A stretch of 64,000 nt of DNA from Octopus sinensis (GCF_006345805.1 NC_043022.1:434001-498000); one strand, 5' to 3'; shown: positions 13,954-26,815, counted from the first letter of the stretch. Notes: generated by a model not told the origin, from the letters alone. Translations and numbers: made by a program.

Positions 13954-14315
13954 ACATATAATGTATGCATGTATATTTATGTATAAGAAATATGTATATG
14001 TGTGTGTATGTTTACATACTATATATATATATATAATATATATTATATCTATATATATATATATATCTATATATGTATGTACTATATACAATACATATAT
14101 ATACATACATACATACTCATATACTATATGCATAAGTATTGCATATATCATATACATACACACCCATACGTGCATGCGTACATACACACATAAATCCATT
14201 TATCCATCTATCAGGCCATACATTCACTCAACTATGTATACATAAATACATATGTATGTAAATATACATAAGTACACACATACAAACCTACATATATACG
14301 CACACGCGCGTGCCT

Positions 14316-14375
<60 letters not shown>
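13677..14375. repeat. (TATG)n/(TA)n/(TG)n microsatellite block
   Basis: Directly visible. Confidence 0.9.
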
Positions 14376-14378
<3 letters not shown>

Positions 14379-15054
14379 GAAGAATAAAATAAGAAGATGG
14401 TGAGGAGAGATGCTGGATGTGTTGAAGATGTTGATAGAAGCAGCGGTAAAAGTATTGGCGGTGTTGGTGTCAGTGGTAGTATATGTGGTCATACGGGTTG
14501 TGGTTTGTGTGGTAGTAGCAGTGGCGATGATGTTTCTTCCGGGTGGTGAGAGCAGTGGTTGTGTTCAGCTAAGTTAGTGGGATGGGGGCACTGGTGGTGG
14601 TGGTGGTGGTGGTGGTGGTGGTGGTGGTGGTAGTGGTGGTGGTGGTGGTGGTGGTAGTGACGGTGATGATGATAGCTGCGGCGGAGGTGGTGTCGTTGTT
14701 GTTGGTGGTGGTGTTGTTGTCGATATTGTTGCTGGTGGTAGTGTTAAAAGTGGTAGCGATTGTAAGGGTGATGTAGCGATAAGGGTAATGATGATGATGA
14801 TGATGGTGGTGAAAGTGGTGATGGCAGTGGTGGCGGTGGTGTTGATGATGAGGCGGGGTGAAGAGGCGAGAAAACGTGTAAAACGTGGAAATATAATCGA
14901 ATCGAAGATGTGAGATGTATTTCTCTTGAAAATAATGATAATAAAACCAAGATACCAGCAAAATGTGGACTAAACATACATAATACATACAAATATGTGT
15001 GTGTACGAAACAGACGTTAAGACAAAACGTATAGATTTACGCAGGCGATCATCT

Positions 15055-15700
15055 GCGTACACGCATGGCGTTACTCAAGTACTCAACTATCTCTTGGAGA
15101 AACAGCTGTAAGCTAATGAAGTTCATGGCTCGAGAAGGAACAAATATATATATGTGTGTGTGTACATACATATATATGTATGTATTCATTAGCCACCAAG
15201 GGAGCCGCAAATGCAAAATATAAGTTAGTCCTAGAGCGCACAACGTTCCTAAAGGCCAGCAATCGTCTTCCTCGGCCACGAGTGAACGGCCATCATGTAT
15301 AAATGGAAATAAAACGAAAGCAAAGACTGAAAGTTTTCAGACGATGAATATTCAAGTATGAATATATATTGAATAGATGTCTATATACGAAGAGATCAAA
15401 CTTACACAGAGCAGAAACGACAGGGAAAATTGAAGGGGAGGAGGTAAAGTGTTATAAGTCCAACAGCTGTTTCTGAGTACTTTTTACGTGGGCCGATACG
15501 TCTGCAATAGCATAAGAGGCTTTGTTTCAGCCAGCATTAACAAGCTTTGGAGTGCAAAGAAAAGAAGAAAAGCGGCTGCAAATATACATTTCTTGCACTG
15601 ACCCGAAATCCTCACACTTGCAACATCTGCAAACTTCTTGGCAAATCGTTGGCGGGACTTAAATGTCACATTCGACATATAAGCATTAGGACTGAATAGA
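15055..15700 (+). mobile_element. highly decayed RTE-clade LINE 3' region
   Basis: Residual LKYSTISWRN (cf. LRKILGISWRD), NRLPR and the C-terminal zinc-finger-like HTCNICKLLGKSLAGLKCHIRH. Confidence 0.5.
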
Positions 15701-16377
15701 GAAAGTGTGTAGGCTGTTGGATTCGCATACGAAACCGACAGGAGAGTCCATTATATATAGGTATATAACTATAGATATATATAGATAGCTACATACACAG
15801 ACACACGCACACATTCACTCACATACACTCACACATACATACATACATACATACATACATAAATACATACATACATACATACATACACACATACATACAT
15901 ATATATTCACATATATATATATATATATTCACACATATATATATATATATACACATACACACTCACATATATATGTATATATATAAATTTATGTATGTAC
16001 GTATGTATATAAATGTATGCATGTATGTATGCATGTGTATTCAAATGCCGGGGCCGGATCGATTAAATATGCATGGTGGCATTGTGCATTTAAACAAGAT
16101 ATAAATTCTTTGAACAATCTTAAACTAAGCTTCTCGAAAGACTAAAATTGTGGTAAATTTATTCTGAATAGCAACAAAAAAGAAAAGAAAAGAAAGGAAA
16201 AGAAAAGCTTCAGGGTTACAGAAAAAAGAAAAAGAAAAAGAAAAGAACCCCCCACCCGCCGACATTCGTTTCTCTCTTTCGTTGTCTTCTGTCGTCGCTG
16301 TCATTGCTGTTTTTGTTGTTATTTTTGTTGCTGCTGTTGCGGTCATCGTCGCCGTCGTCGTAGTTGTTGTTGTTGCT

Positions 16378-16490
16378 CTTCTTCTTCTTCTTCTTCTTCT
16401 TCTTCTTCTTCTTCTTCTTCTTCTTCTTCTTCTTCTTCTTTTTCTTCTTCTTCTTCTTCTTCTTCTTCTCCTCCTCCTCCTCCTCTTCTT
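16378..16490. repeat. (TTC)n/(CTC)n microsatellite
   Basis: Directly visible. Confidence 0.95.
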
Positions 16491-16724
16491 CCCCCTTCTT
16501 TTCACTCCAACACTCCCCACCCCTATCACCATCTGTTAATGATTAATGATTGACCAAAGAACAGATCTTGTTTAAAGGAAGAAATGTTTTATTTGTCTTT
16601 AACCGTTTTTATTTTGTAATTTTCTAATTGTCCAGAGTAATGCAACATGTTGCATCACACGAGGGATGATGCAACGATGCCATGTGCATATTATGGAGTT
16701 GGTAATATTGTGCAGTCGAGTGGC

Positions 16725-17345
16725 TAGATGGATCTTTAGCTCATTCAGAACTGGAAATAGGGATACCATGCTATTTCATAGGAGTATCATGGTATCCCTC
16801 TGGAGTCGCCACAGACCGCCAAATTAGTGGCGCAATTTGAGGCAATCCAGCGTCACGACACAAAGAAGATTGATTCGATAAAACAGATGAGCTACTAGGA
16901 AAGGTTACAAGAAGCGAAACTCTAATCCCTGAAGAGAAGGTGAGAAAGGTATGCAGTGATATACATATGGAAGGTTCTGGACGGTCTAGCCCCCAGCTTT
17001 GGAATTAAAAGCTATACCAACACCGAACTGGACGGCACTGCATAATACCAACGATACCGTCTTCTTCATCTCAGATAAGGACCCTGTATTGCAACAGCTT
17101 GGGTTTCAGGGGACCATAACCGTTTAACGTCTTGCCAAGGAACTTAAAAGATCTGTAAGGTGTAGATGTGGAAACGTTCAAAAAGCACCTGAACAAATTT
17201 CTGTCTGAAATCCCAGTTGAGACCACATCGCGGCTGGAGGCACAAAGAAGAGCCGCTCCGTCCAACTCGCTTCTCCATCGAAACCAGTATCGAAAAAAGA
17301 CTCCAAAGCACTGAAAGGGGATGCTTCAGCATGGCCCCAGCCTTT
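16725..17345 (+). mobile_element. CR1/L2-group LINE 3' fragment (decayed)
   Basis: FEAIQRH.TKKI..MSY.ERL..LKRRRERYAVIYIWKVLDGL..LFNVLPRNLKDL..FKKHLNKFLSEIP, a typical CR1/L2 ORF2 C-terminus. Confidence 0.8.
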
Positions 17346-17394
17346 GGTTGAAACCAGTAAAGAGTAAGGAAGAAAAGATGTGAAGAGCGACGAA

Positions 17395-17395
17395 G

Positions 17396-17474
<79 letters not shown>

Positions 17475-17487
17475 CAGATAGATAGAC

Positions 17488-17528
<41 letters not shown>

Positions 17529-17556
17529 CATACATACATACATACATACATACATA
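17395..17556. repeat. (GATA)n/(CATA)n tetranucleotide array
   Basis: Directly visible. Confidence 0.95.
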
Positions 17557-17965
17557 GATGTAGAGGGAGAGAGAGATAGGTGGAGAGAAAGAGAGGGAGA
17601 GAGATAGAAAGCGAGGTAGGTAGATGGAGAGATGGATAAAGAGAGAAAGAGAGAGAAACAGACAGACATACATACAGACCAACTGTCAGACTGATAAAAG
17701 GAAAAGTCCACCTAGGCAGTATTTCAACTGAAATGGTGGAGGGTCATAACTGAATATTCTTAAATATTTGAGTCCGACGTTCACACAAACCTGCCCTCGT
17801 TAAACTAACGTCTTATCCCAGGAAGTAATGAAGTGAACCAATTTCAGACTGGATTCTTCAGACTGCCAACTCATGGTCAACATCTGGCTGTTTTGCTTCG
17901 TTTCGAAAAATAAAAATTTATTTTATGGTTTGTTATTGTTTATATTTTGAATTGCATAATCTTTT

Positions 17966-18024
17966 ATGGGGGCACCAAAATCTTTTAAGTGCTTAGGGCC
18001 TCGATGGGTTTTAATCCGGCCTTG
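17966..18024 (-). mobile_element. terminal fragment of a probable non-autonomous hAT-like DNA transposon
   Basis: Minus strand CAAGGCCGGATTAAAACCCATCGAGGCCCTAAGCACTTAAAAGATTTTGGTGCCCCC matches 31148-31194 (+). The hAT assignment rests only on the CAGGGC-type terminus. Confidence 0.4.
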
Positions 18025-18041
18025 TACATATATATGTGTAT

Positions 18042-18084
<43 letters not shown>

Positions 18085-18139
18085 TATATATATTATTCAA
18101 AGAAATTCCAACGTTATTTTCACGTTTTCTTTTTCTTTA

Positions 18140-18506
18140 TTCTTTTACTTGTTTCAGTCATCTGACTGCGGCCATGCTGGAGCACCGCCTTTAATCGAGC
18201 AACTCGACCCCGGGACTTATTCTTTTGTAAGCCCAGTAATTATTCTATCGGTCTCTTTTGCCGAAGCGCTAAGTAACGGGGACATAAACACACCAGCATC
18301 GGTTGTCAAGCAATGCTAAGGGGACAAACACAGACACACAAACACACACACGCATATATGTATATACATAGAAACAATGGACTTCTTTCAGTTTCCGTCT
18401 ATCAAATCCACTCACAAGGATTTGGTTGGCCCGAGGCTATAGTAGAAGACACCCGGAACCATGTGGTTGGTAAACAAGCTACTTACCAGACAGCCACTCC
18501 TGCGCC
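18140..18506 (-). mobile_element. family A SINE, near full length
   Basis: Reverse complement of the head (CAGCCACTCCTGCGCC at 18491-18506) and of the tail (TTGTTTCAGTCATCTGACTGCGGCCATGCTGG). Confidence 0.9.
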
Positions 18507-18674
18507 TATATTTACAATGTTATAATGATATAATATAATATAATGAAATGAAATGATAGAATATTAAATATTCATTCTGATTGAACTCGTACTTTCATGC
18601 ATTAAATTAAGCTATCTTCAGGTTCGTGTAGTAGTGATGACACCCGTGTGTGTGTGTATATGTATGTATGTATG

Positions 18675-18743
<69 letters not shown>

Positions 18744-19279
18744 ATATAATATACACACACTACTTGAAACTTGTTCGCGACTGATTTTAAAGGCAGCTTG
18801 TGTCTTGTAGCAGCTGTAATTTTATTTTACTAAACTTTTTTTCAAGTTCCGTTAGGGGAGGAACGGTTGTTCCCCTGATTCTCGTTGGGCCTTCGTAATT
18901 GATATGAAGAAAGGTGGAAGTTAGCTTCAAACTAGAGGCTTGTCTCGAAAGCTTATGACAGAGAGGGCACCCCTAAAGTACCCAAGGACCAGGTGGTGGT
19001 TTTAAAACGGGTGACATTAAGTCGGTCAGGGACGGTCCCTTGGACAGATACCCATACAAATTTCCGTCGAACAGACATCATCCACGAGGTTTTGATCGAC
19101 CCCAGGCTGTGGAAGAATATAATTTTCCAAAGTAAATGCGTAGTGGGATTGAACTACAACCGACTTGGTTATCAAGTGAACTTAATCTCACAGCAATGAC
19201 TACTCCCAAAAGTTTACAACCTCTAAGACGGTCCAGTTTCCGAGAATCATGATGGGAAGTCAAGATACTTTCACACGCC

Positions 19280-19445
19280 TGACAACCGGTGCAGGTGTGT
19301 TTATGCTCCCGTAACTTAGCGGCTCTGCAAAAGAGATCGATAGAATAAGTACCGGGTTTTACAAAGCGATATCAAACACTGGGATCGATTCCTTCAAGGC
19401 AGTGCTCCAGCATGGCCGCTGTCTAATGACTGAAAGAAGAAAAAG
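19280..19445 (+). mobile_element. family A SINE 3' half
   Basis: TAACTTAGCGGCTCTGCAAAAGAGATCGATAGAATAAGTACC..CAGCATGGCCGCTGTCTAATGACTGAAAG. Confidence 0.8.
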
Positions 19446-19713
19446 ATAACATATGAAAGATATTGGAAGTAATCAATTAATTAATCAACTAATTAATCTG
19501 AAAGTACTGTCTGTCATTCTGTTCACTTTGATTCAGTGCGACGGCATCGCTTTTATCTCGGGAGGCAGCGAGAGCCAGCGAGAGCCAGCGAGAGCGAAGC
19601 GTCTTCGCACCAGATCGACCAATTGGAACAACGCAATCGGCTTTGCAGGACTCCATCAATCCACTTCGATCCCTGCTCCTTCAGACGATCGCTTGCTTTA
19701 ACCGCCGCACTCT

Positions 19714-19780
<67 letters not shown>

Positions 19781-19844
19781 AACTACTACTGCTGCTGCTA
19801 CTACTGCTGCTGCTGTTACTCTACTACTACTACTACTACTGCTG

Positions 19845-19875
<31 letters not shown>

Positions 19876-20544
19876 GACTACTATAAGACTGTCTGTTGTT
19901 GCTGTTGCAACAACAATACCATTAACATCCTCGGCACCAACACTATCACTGCTACTATAATGATGGTCACAACAACCACTACAACGATGACCACCACCAC
20001 CAATGACAACCTCACCACCACCAGTACCGCCACCAGCAGCAGTCACCAACATCACAAGCCGTATTCACCACCACCACCACCACCGCCGCCATCACCACCA
20101 CTACAACCAATAACAACAACATCAACCACTGTTGCTACAGCCAAAGCTACACTCGCTAATATTCCTACGCAAAGGGACTTCTATGTGGTCTTTCGAGCGG
20201 CTAGAAATAACAACTAGATTTTCCTTATGTCCCACTAAATGCGAAGGTCACAATAAATAATGCGTGGAAGAGAAAAGAAACAAAAGAAAATAAATAAATA
20301 AAATCATACAGTTGGTCATAGCTGGAACGTCTTTTATCACAGATCTGTAGGATGAAGCCTGATGAAGCTTGACCCAGGGCTAAAGAACAATAACAACGCG
20401 CACTCAATTGCGAAGATAACACTACCACCTTCACTACAACACTCTACCCATGCTACTGTCACAACGGTAAAACTACCACCGTTACTGCACCAAAGTACAT
20501 ATACTGGCACCACGACAATCAACATTGATAGCAGTAGGATCAGT

Positions 20545-21699
20545 GAGAGAGGGAAAGAGTATGAGAATAACAGAGAGGGACGGAGGAGAGAGAAGGGAAA
20601 GGAGAGAGAGGAGAAAAGGGGGAGGGAGAGAAGTGAAAGAGAGGAGAGAGAGGAGAGAGAAAGGCGAGAAAGAGAGAGGAGAAAAAGAGGAGAGAGACAG
20701 TAGGCAGATATGCAGATAGCCAGGCAGAGAAAGAGAGATACGGAGAGAGAGAGGAGGAGAAAGAGAGAGAAGAAAGAGAGGAGAAAGAGGAAAGAGAGGA
20801 GAAAGAGGAAAGAGAGGAGAAAGACAGAGAGAGAAGAAAGAGAGACAGACAGTAGGCAGACATGCAGATTGTCAGGCAGAGAAAGAGAGAGAGACAGACA
20901 TAGACAGAGAGACAAACCGACATACAGACAGAGCCAACCAGCTGGACTGACATACAGAGAGACAGACAGACGGATTGTGAGAGAGTGAGACAGAGAAAGA
21001 GAGACAGACAGACAGTGAGAGAGAGAGACAGAGATAGAAAAAGAGATAGCCAAAGATACAGTGCAAGAGAGAGAGAGAGAGAGAGAGAGGCAGGCAGACA
21101 GGCACACTGTGAGAGAGAGAGACAAGCAGAAAGACAGAGAAAAGAGAGAGAGAGAAAGAGTGAGAGATGTTTGATGTTGATAAAGTCATTGATATACAGA
21201 GAGAGTAGGAGAGAGAGAGTGGGAGACGATAAAGAGTGGGAGATGAAAAGGATAGAGAATGATATAGAGAGAAAGAGGAAGATGGAATAGTTAAGAGAGA
21301 GAAGGAGAGAAAGAGAGAGGTGTAAATGTGTGTAAGAGAGAGAGGGAGAGTGTGAGGGGAGGAAAAGGAGTGAAGTATAGAAGGAAGGAAAGATTAAAAT
21401 AGGGTCGAGATAAGCAGAAAGAAAGACGAAGGGAGAGAGAGAGAGAGATTAAATAAGTGTGAGAGGGGGAGTAAGACAGGGAGAGATAGCCAAGCAAATT
21501 AGATAAATAGACAGATAGAGAGAGAGAGAAAGAGAGCGTGTGTGTGTGTGCATGTGTATATGTGTATGTAAGAGAGAGAGAGAGAGAGAGAGAAAGCAAG
21601 AGAGACGGAGAGAGAGAGAGAGACGGAGAGAAACGAAATGAGACGGGAAACAAGCGAAATTGAAAAGAGAGATGGAGAAAGTTAATCAAAATGGACCGA

Positions 21700-21744
<45 letters not shown>

Positions 21745-21870
21745 AGAAAGAAGGAAGAAAAGGAAAGAAAGTGGAAATAAACAGGTAAATAGAGACATGG
21801 ATAAATAGAATGAGAGAAAAGAACGGGAGAGAGAGAGAGAGAGAGACTAATAGAGAGAAGCCAGATGAAG
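20545..21870. repeat. polypurine (GA/GACA/GGA)-rich tract
   Basis: About 1.3 kb almost devoid of pyrimidines on the + strand. Confidence 0.9.
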
Positions 21871-23292
21871 AAAGCAGGAGAGAAACAAACATCGCCACCA
21901 CCACCATCATCATCATCATCAACAGCGATATCCCGAACCACAACAACAAGAAGCACAGCGGCGACGATGACAACAACCATAACGAAAGAAGCCCCTTCCC
22001 CCCTCCCGCCGCCACCACCCGCTCGCCGTCTCCCCCCCCCCGTCTCACCAAAAGCAAAGAATATGGCAGACAAGACAGACGCAAAAAGCAGAGTTGCAGC
22101 AACGGTTAACACTTCTGTCGATGCCAGTCATCGATTTCTGACCGATTCTTGGAACCAAAGCTAGCTTCGTATATATCGTTTATTGATTTTTGCCGCATGC
22201 GACTCTGTTCTGCAGATGTATATGCGTGTGTGTGTGTGTGCGTATTCGTGCGCGTATATATATATGTGAGCATTCATGCATATGTATGTATTCTATGTAT
22301 GTATGTATGTATGTATGTATGTATGTATGTATGTATGTATGTATGTATGTATGTGTGCGTGTGTGTGTATGCATGTACGTGCGTATGTATATGTATATAG
22401 ATTGGTGAAGTTTGTGTTTACAAGCGCGATAGAAAGTACTCGATAAATAAAGTAGAGCTTGTTGATTTTATTGGAAGCTGACTGAAGCTGTTTGAATCGC
22501 AATTCTGTGTTTCACGGTTCCGATTTTTCAAACGACTGATAAAGAGAAGCAGCTTGACAATATATGAATATAAATAATCGCAAACACCTCGTGACACATG
22601 TACACAAAATTTTGATTGGTTGCCGAGAAAACCAATACTTTACACACTCATCTATTCAATTATGATGTAGAACATATTTTCACCTTTTACCGAGTAAAAA
22701 CACGCGGTACTTTCATGTCTACAGTATAAAATGCATAAACTCGTGATGCAGTTGTTGTGAACAAACAAACTTATTATTTATTTATTCATTCAGTTATCTA
22801 TATGCTCATCTTTTAAAATATAACAGATTCATTACATAGAGGCGGGGGAACTATTTTAGTTTGCTGGTAGTTGAAATTTTTCAGTAACCATCGATAGGAA
22901 TGTCTAAAAGAATCCCATCTTTTGTTCTGATCCTTTGTTCCAAATCGTAGAATGCTGTAACAAAATACTGTACTTGGAAAACCATAGATAACACTTTTTG
23001 ATCTGTTAATTTAAGTGAAACACGCTATTTGTAACGGACGAAGCGATTTTATTATTCATAGCATCACCATCCTTTGAAACCGCCAGTGAATTTGGAAAGT
23101 GAAGCGGTGAGACGTAGTTGACAATGTTTTAAATTAGAACCGAACAATTCTTTTTCTTTTCATATTAGTAACGGTCGTCGTAGAGCAGAAGAGTTATAAA
23201 ACAGGATTACTTTGTATACAGTGGTAATGTTCTTAGAAGACTAGAATGATTTAAGACGGTTGGAGCAATACATCGATAATAATATAATAATA

Positions 23293-23470
23293 AAAAGAGA
23301 AGATAAGGAAGGAGTCCTATAGACGAGTTAGATTAATACTTAAAACAGAGCTCAATGCGAGATAATAGGTATCAATAATCTAGCTGTCTCTGTTATAAGT
23401 TACAGTTACAATATTTTTAACTGAACACGTAATGAACTAACCAAACTAGATAGGGAAACAAGAAAAATAA
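23293..23470 (+). mobile_element. internal fragment of the same R4/Dong-like family as 3979-6740
   Basis: Aligns by eye to about 5317-5498 (GAGTTAGATTAATACT..AGAGCTCAATGCGA..ATAATAGGTATCAA..ACAAGAAAAATA) and is preceded by a short TAA run. Confidence 0.8.
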
Positions 23471-23920
23471 GAGCACTCAGGGAGTGCAAACCTCCGTCAA
23501 GGCAACACCAACGTACTCTCAATGATTAGCCAGAGATGATTTTTAAAATGAGAATATCTGAAATAAACTCGACTGCTCTCACAAACGAGATTACTAAAAA
23601 TGAACCCGACCGCTCTCAAAAATGACATTAAAAGAAAAACGAAAAATAATCCAGAATCTTTCTCCGGTACCTGATCGATCCCAATAGTAGTCATGGAATG
23701 TGAAGATGGCTGTAGAAAATTCAGTAACAGTAATAAATTGTTTATCCTTATCTAATACAAGCCAAAGTTAACAAATTCACCATTCGAAATAGTTACAGCC
23801 TAAAGGGAGATAATTGAGAAAGACTTGAAAGTTAACGTAAGATCGTAATCATGTAAAGTAAAGTAAATGTAACAAATAGTCCAGAATTCTTGTCCGGTAC
23901 CGGATCGATCCCAAAATCTA
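23471..23920 (+). repeat. interspersed repeat with an internal direct repeat (possibly Helitron-type non-autonomous element)
   Basis: TCCAGAAT..TCCGGTACC(T/G)GATCGATCCCAA occurs at about 23650 and 23880. Class assignment is from memory only. Confidence 0.35.
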
Positions 23921-25256
23921 ATTCAGCAACCCCCGTGTATGCCTGTATATACACACTCACACACAGACCCACACAAATACATACTCACAAACACAGACAC
24001 TCATCCCCACCCCACACAGACACACATGTATGTATATTCTTCTAGTTGGCGATGGTTTACTCTTCTCTCGCTCTGTCAACTGGTGGAATGGATGACAGAG
24101 CCTTCATTGTCTTCGTATTTAAAGCCATCTATTTTCTTTCTCTTTTTCTAAATCTCGTTATTGTCATCTATTGTTGACTATTAAGCCGTCGTTAGTTCGC
24201 GCGCCGGTCACTCTACTCATCCATACGCCCTCTCAAATTCTTTTACTTGTGTGTACGCACATTTATACTCACACACATCTACACATACACAGACACACAC
24301 ACAAATACACACAAATGTGTGGGTGTATGAAGGTGTATCTCAGTTGTCCAAGCCAGCAGAAACTTTCTAAAAAATTATTTCTTGGAATATTTATTGCCAA
24401 GAGTCTAAATATCTTGTCATCTTGTCTCAAGATTTATGTCTATCACTATCTGCTGGGGCCCTTGCGACATAAAGGATTTCCCCGCCACTTGTTCTGAGAC
24501 CCAAAAGCAGTCTTGTTGCGTCTCGTCAAATTTTTGTATCTTTGACTCTAGTTTCCATTGCAGAAACATTAACAAAGAGAAAAAAAAAATTTAACTAATA
24601 ATGTAGACCGGTATTCCGGTAAAACAAAGCTAATCGAACGTTAAACAGACACAATATTTCCAAACAAGAAGTGAGTTATATCCCTTTACTAAATAATAAT
24701 GATTACGAAATACTTGCGGCCATTTTTGCAACAGCTGTTATTGTCAGTGCCATTAGGTCATCAGATATTTACCCTGTTCTCGTTTCAGACCAGTCATTTA
24801 AAATGTATTCTGGCGTCTGTAATGTGTCAATATCTCACTTCTTCTGATTTACGTGTGCAGACTGAATGCTGAAAGTCGAACTGCCGACAGTTACAATAAC
24901 GACAATCAAATAACGAAAGAACAAAACATCGTCAAGACAAAATGGCGAAATACCAAAAGGGAAATTTACGACATTCAATTATCGGCAATTATTTTTATTT
25001 TTCAGTAAAAGTAGCTGAAATTCGTTTAAATATGAAGCAATTTATTATACACAAAGTTGCTAAAAATTTCTATCTAGTAAAAATATTAAAAAATTAAAAC
25101 AATATACCAAAAAGAAAAAAGTTGTCAAGAATAATTCGTTAATACAAAAATCGTCACTTTCTAAAAATTAAAACTTATCACCTTTTGTCATTAGTGTTAA
25201 ATCATTTGTAGCATCATTGCACCTGTTTATTCACTGAACACGGCGTGAAAATGCGT

Positions 25257-25582
25257 TTATGGTATAAACGCAGCGCATGAGCTTAAAGATAGATCGTTCG
25301 TACAATTATGAAGTACGGTGCACAACGCTTCATCTGATTGTATTTCGCATTCCTCTACGTTTTCAACTGATTTGAAAGTACAACTACGGATGCTCAGGTT
25401 TGGCAGATGTGAATGGTTATAAGGAATATTTTCAATTACATTGCCACAAGCAACGAACTCTAGCTTTGCAGTTAGAACGTTTCTCATATGTCCAATAAAC
25501 AAGACCTTCTCGTTTTCTGCCGACACTGTACAAATGTTCTTGAAACAAAAATCTCTGTCGAATCTGTTATCAGTTATAAATC
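25257..25582 (-). CDS. putative terminal coding exon of an unidentified protein
   Basis: Acceptor ttcttcacctctttttgtttataaaatag|GA, then 107 open codons (FITDNRFDRDFCFKNICTV..CAAFIP*) in unique sequence. AATAAA at 25231-25226. Phase matches the upstream exon. Confidence 0.45.
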
Positions 25583-25734
25583 CTATTTTATAAACAAAAA
25601 GAGGTGAAGAACTCAACACAACACACAGTCGGAACCGAAACCACTATCACGCACCCTTATCACAAGACCATACGCTACATTTATGTATGTATGTATGTAT
25701 GTATGTATGTATGTATGTATGTATGTATGTATGA

Positions 25735-26315
25735 TTGGCTCCTTAAATTCCACGCCCTCAATAGATGAGGTAATGACAACAATAAGTAAATTGAATCTTT
25801 GTAGAGCACCTGGAAGGGATGGAATTTGTGCTGATGTCTTGCGATTTGGTGGTGATTACATCATGCAGTACCTTCATGAACTTATTAGTGCAGTCTGGAG
25901 GGATGGTGCAATCCCTAAGGACTGGAAGGATACAATTATTCTTTCCCTCTATAAAGGAAAAGGAGCCAGAATAATGTGTGGTAACTACAGAGGTATTGCT
26001 CTACTATCAGCTGCTGGCAAGGTTCTGGCAAATATTCTTCTTGCCCGTCTGAATGGGTGTCTCGTAAATGATGTCCTATCTGATCTCAATGTTGCTTCCG
26101 ATTTGGTAGAGGGACAATGACTGATTTTCACAGCAAGACAGATGCAGAAGTGCTATAGGCAGAATATGGATCTAGTCCAGGTATTCATTGATTTAACCAA
26201 GGCCTTTGATACTGTGAATAGGGCCTTGCTATGGAAAATACTTGGCAAACTTGGATCACTTTGTATCTATAATTAAATCATTTCATGGTGGGATGGAGGC
26301 TTGGATCAATGTTCA
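25735..26315 (+). mobile_element. RTE (BovB-like) LINE RT fragment
   Basis: APGRDGI..IPKDWKD.II..LYKGKG..CGNYRGIALLS.AGKVLANILL.RL, then frameshifted QVFIDLTKAFDTVNR.LLWKIL. Confidence 0.92.
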
Positions 26316-26342
26316 CAGAGCATTGAACAGCAGTCAGGATAC

Positions 26343-26512
26343 CGGCATTTTGACACCCGGCACGAATCATCATGGCACAAGTAACTCTTTTCCAATATTC
26401 AAATGGCTTCCACTCCTCCATGTCAGCTACTTTTTTCTCTACTGCAACTTCAATCATTATTATCTCCAACGCCGTTGATTCTTCACCAAATACATCAAGC
26501 ATCAAACTGTTC
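26343..26512 (-). CDS. putative internal coding exon (NSLMLDVFGEESTALEII..WKPFEYWKRVTC..GCQNA)
   Basis: Strong acceptor gtcttttgtttttttttcttttcag|G and donor GCCG|gtatcc. 170 nt with only one frame open; phase 2 to phase 1 splices in frame to 25582. Confidence 0.45.
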
Positions 26513-26751
26513 CTGAAAAGAAAAAAAACAAAAGACGAGACGTTACAGAATCGTCAAATTTAGCCCGAACACCCTGCGTCTTGAAGAGACTAAATTCTAT
26601 CGAATCCAATATCGAACGAATATATTTTTCTTTTCGCTGCTTCTGCCGATTCCCATGACTCTCTGTCGCCATCCGATCCCATTATTGTGAATTTGAATTG
26701 GGATCTTGGGTCATAGTGAATCTTTTAATAATGGACGCTACTCCTCTGGGT

Positions 26752-26815
26752 GCAATCTCTATCAAGAACTACCCCTATGGACGCGTCCGTAGGGGTAGTT
26801 CTTGAGAGAGATTGC
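26752..26815. other. 64-bp near-perfect palindrome centred on ACGCGT
   Basis: GCAATCTCTATCAAGAACTACCCCTATGGAC-GC-GTCCGTAGGGGTAGTTCTTGAGAGAGATTGC, with two arm mismatches. Confidence 0.9.

Noticed and set aside
15045-15300. Apparent two small host exons with a gtaagc donor
   Set aside because: The peptide remnants fit a decayed RTE ORF (ISWRN, RLPR and the downstream CxxC..H finger).
20355-20395. CTGATGA followed by a hairpin (hammerhead?)
   Set aside because: No GAAA or stem III/I; the same applies to the CTGANGA hits at about 11945, 49935 and 63905.
26343-26512. Alternative frame with five in-frame TGA and no TAA/TAG (EQFDA*CIW*RING..), ending U-stop after splicing; a possible multi-selenocysteine protein
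   Set aside because: The TGAs are explained as NNT-GAN junctions (Asp/Glu codons) of the fully open frame, and I found no SECIS-like AUGA/AA/GA stem downstream.
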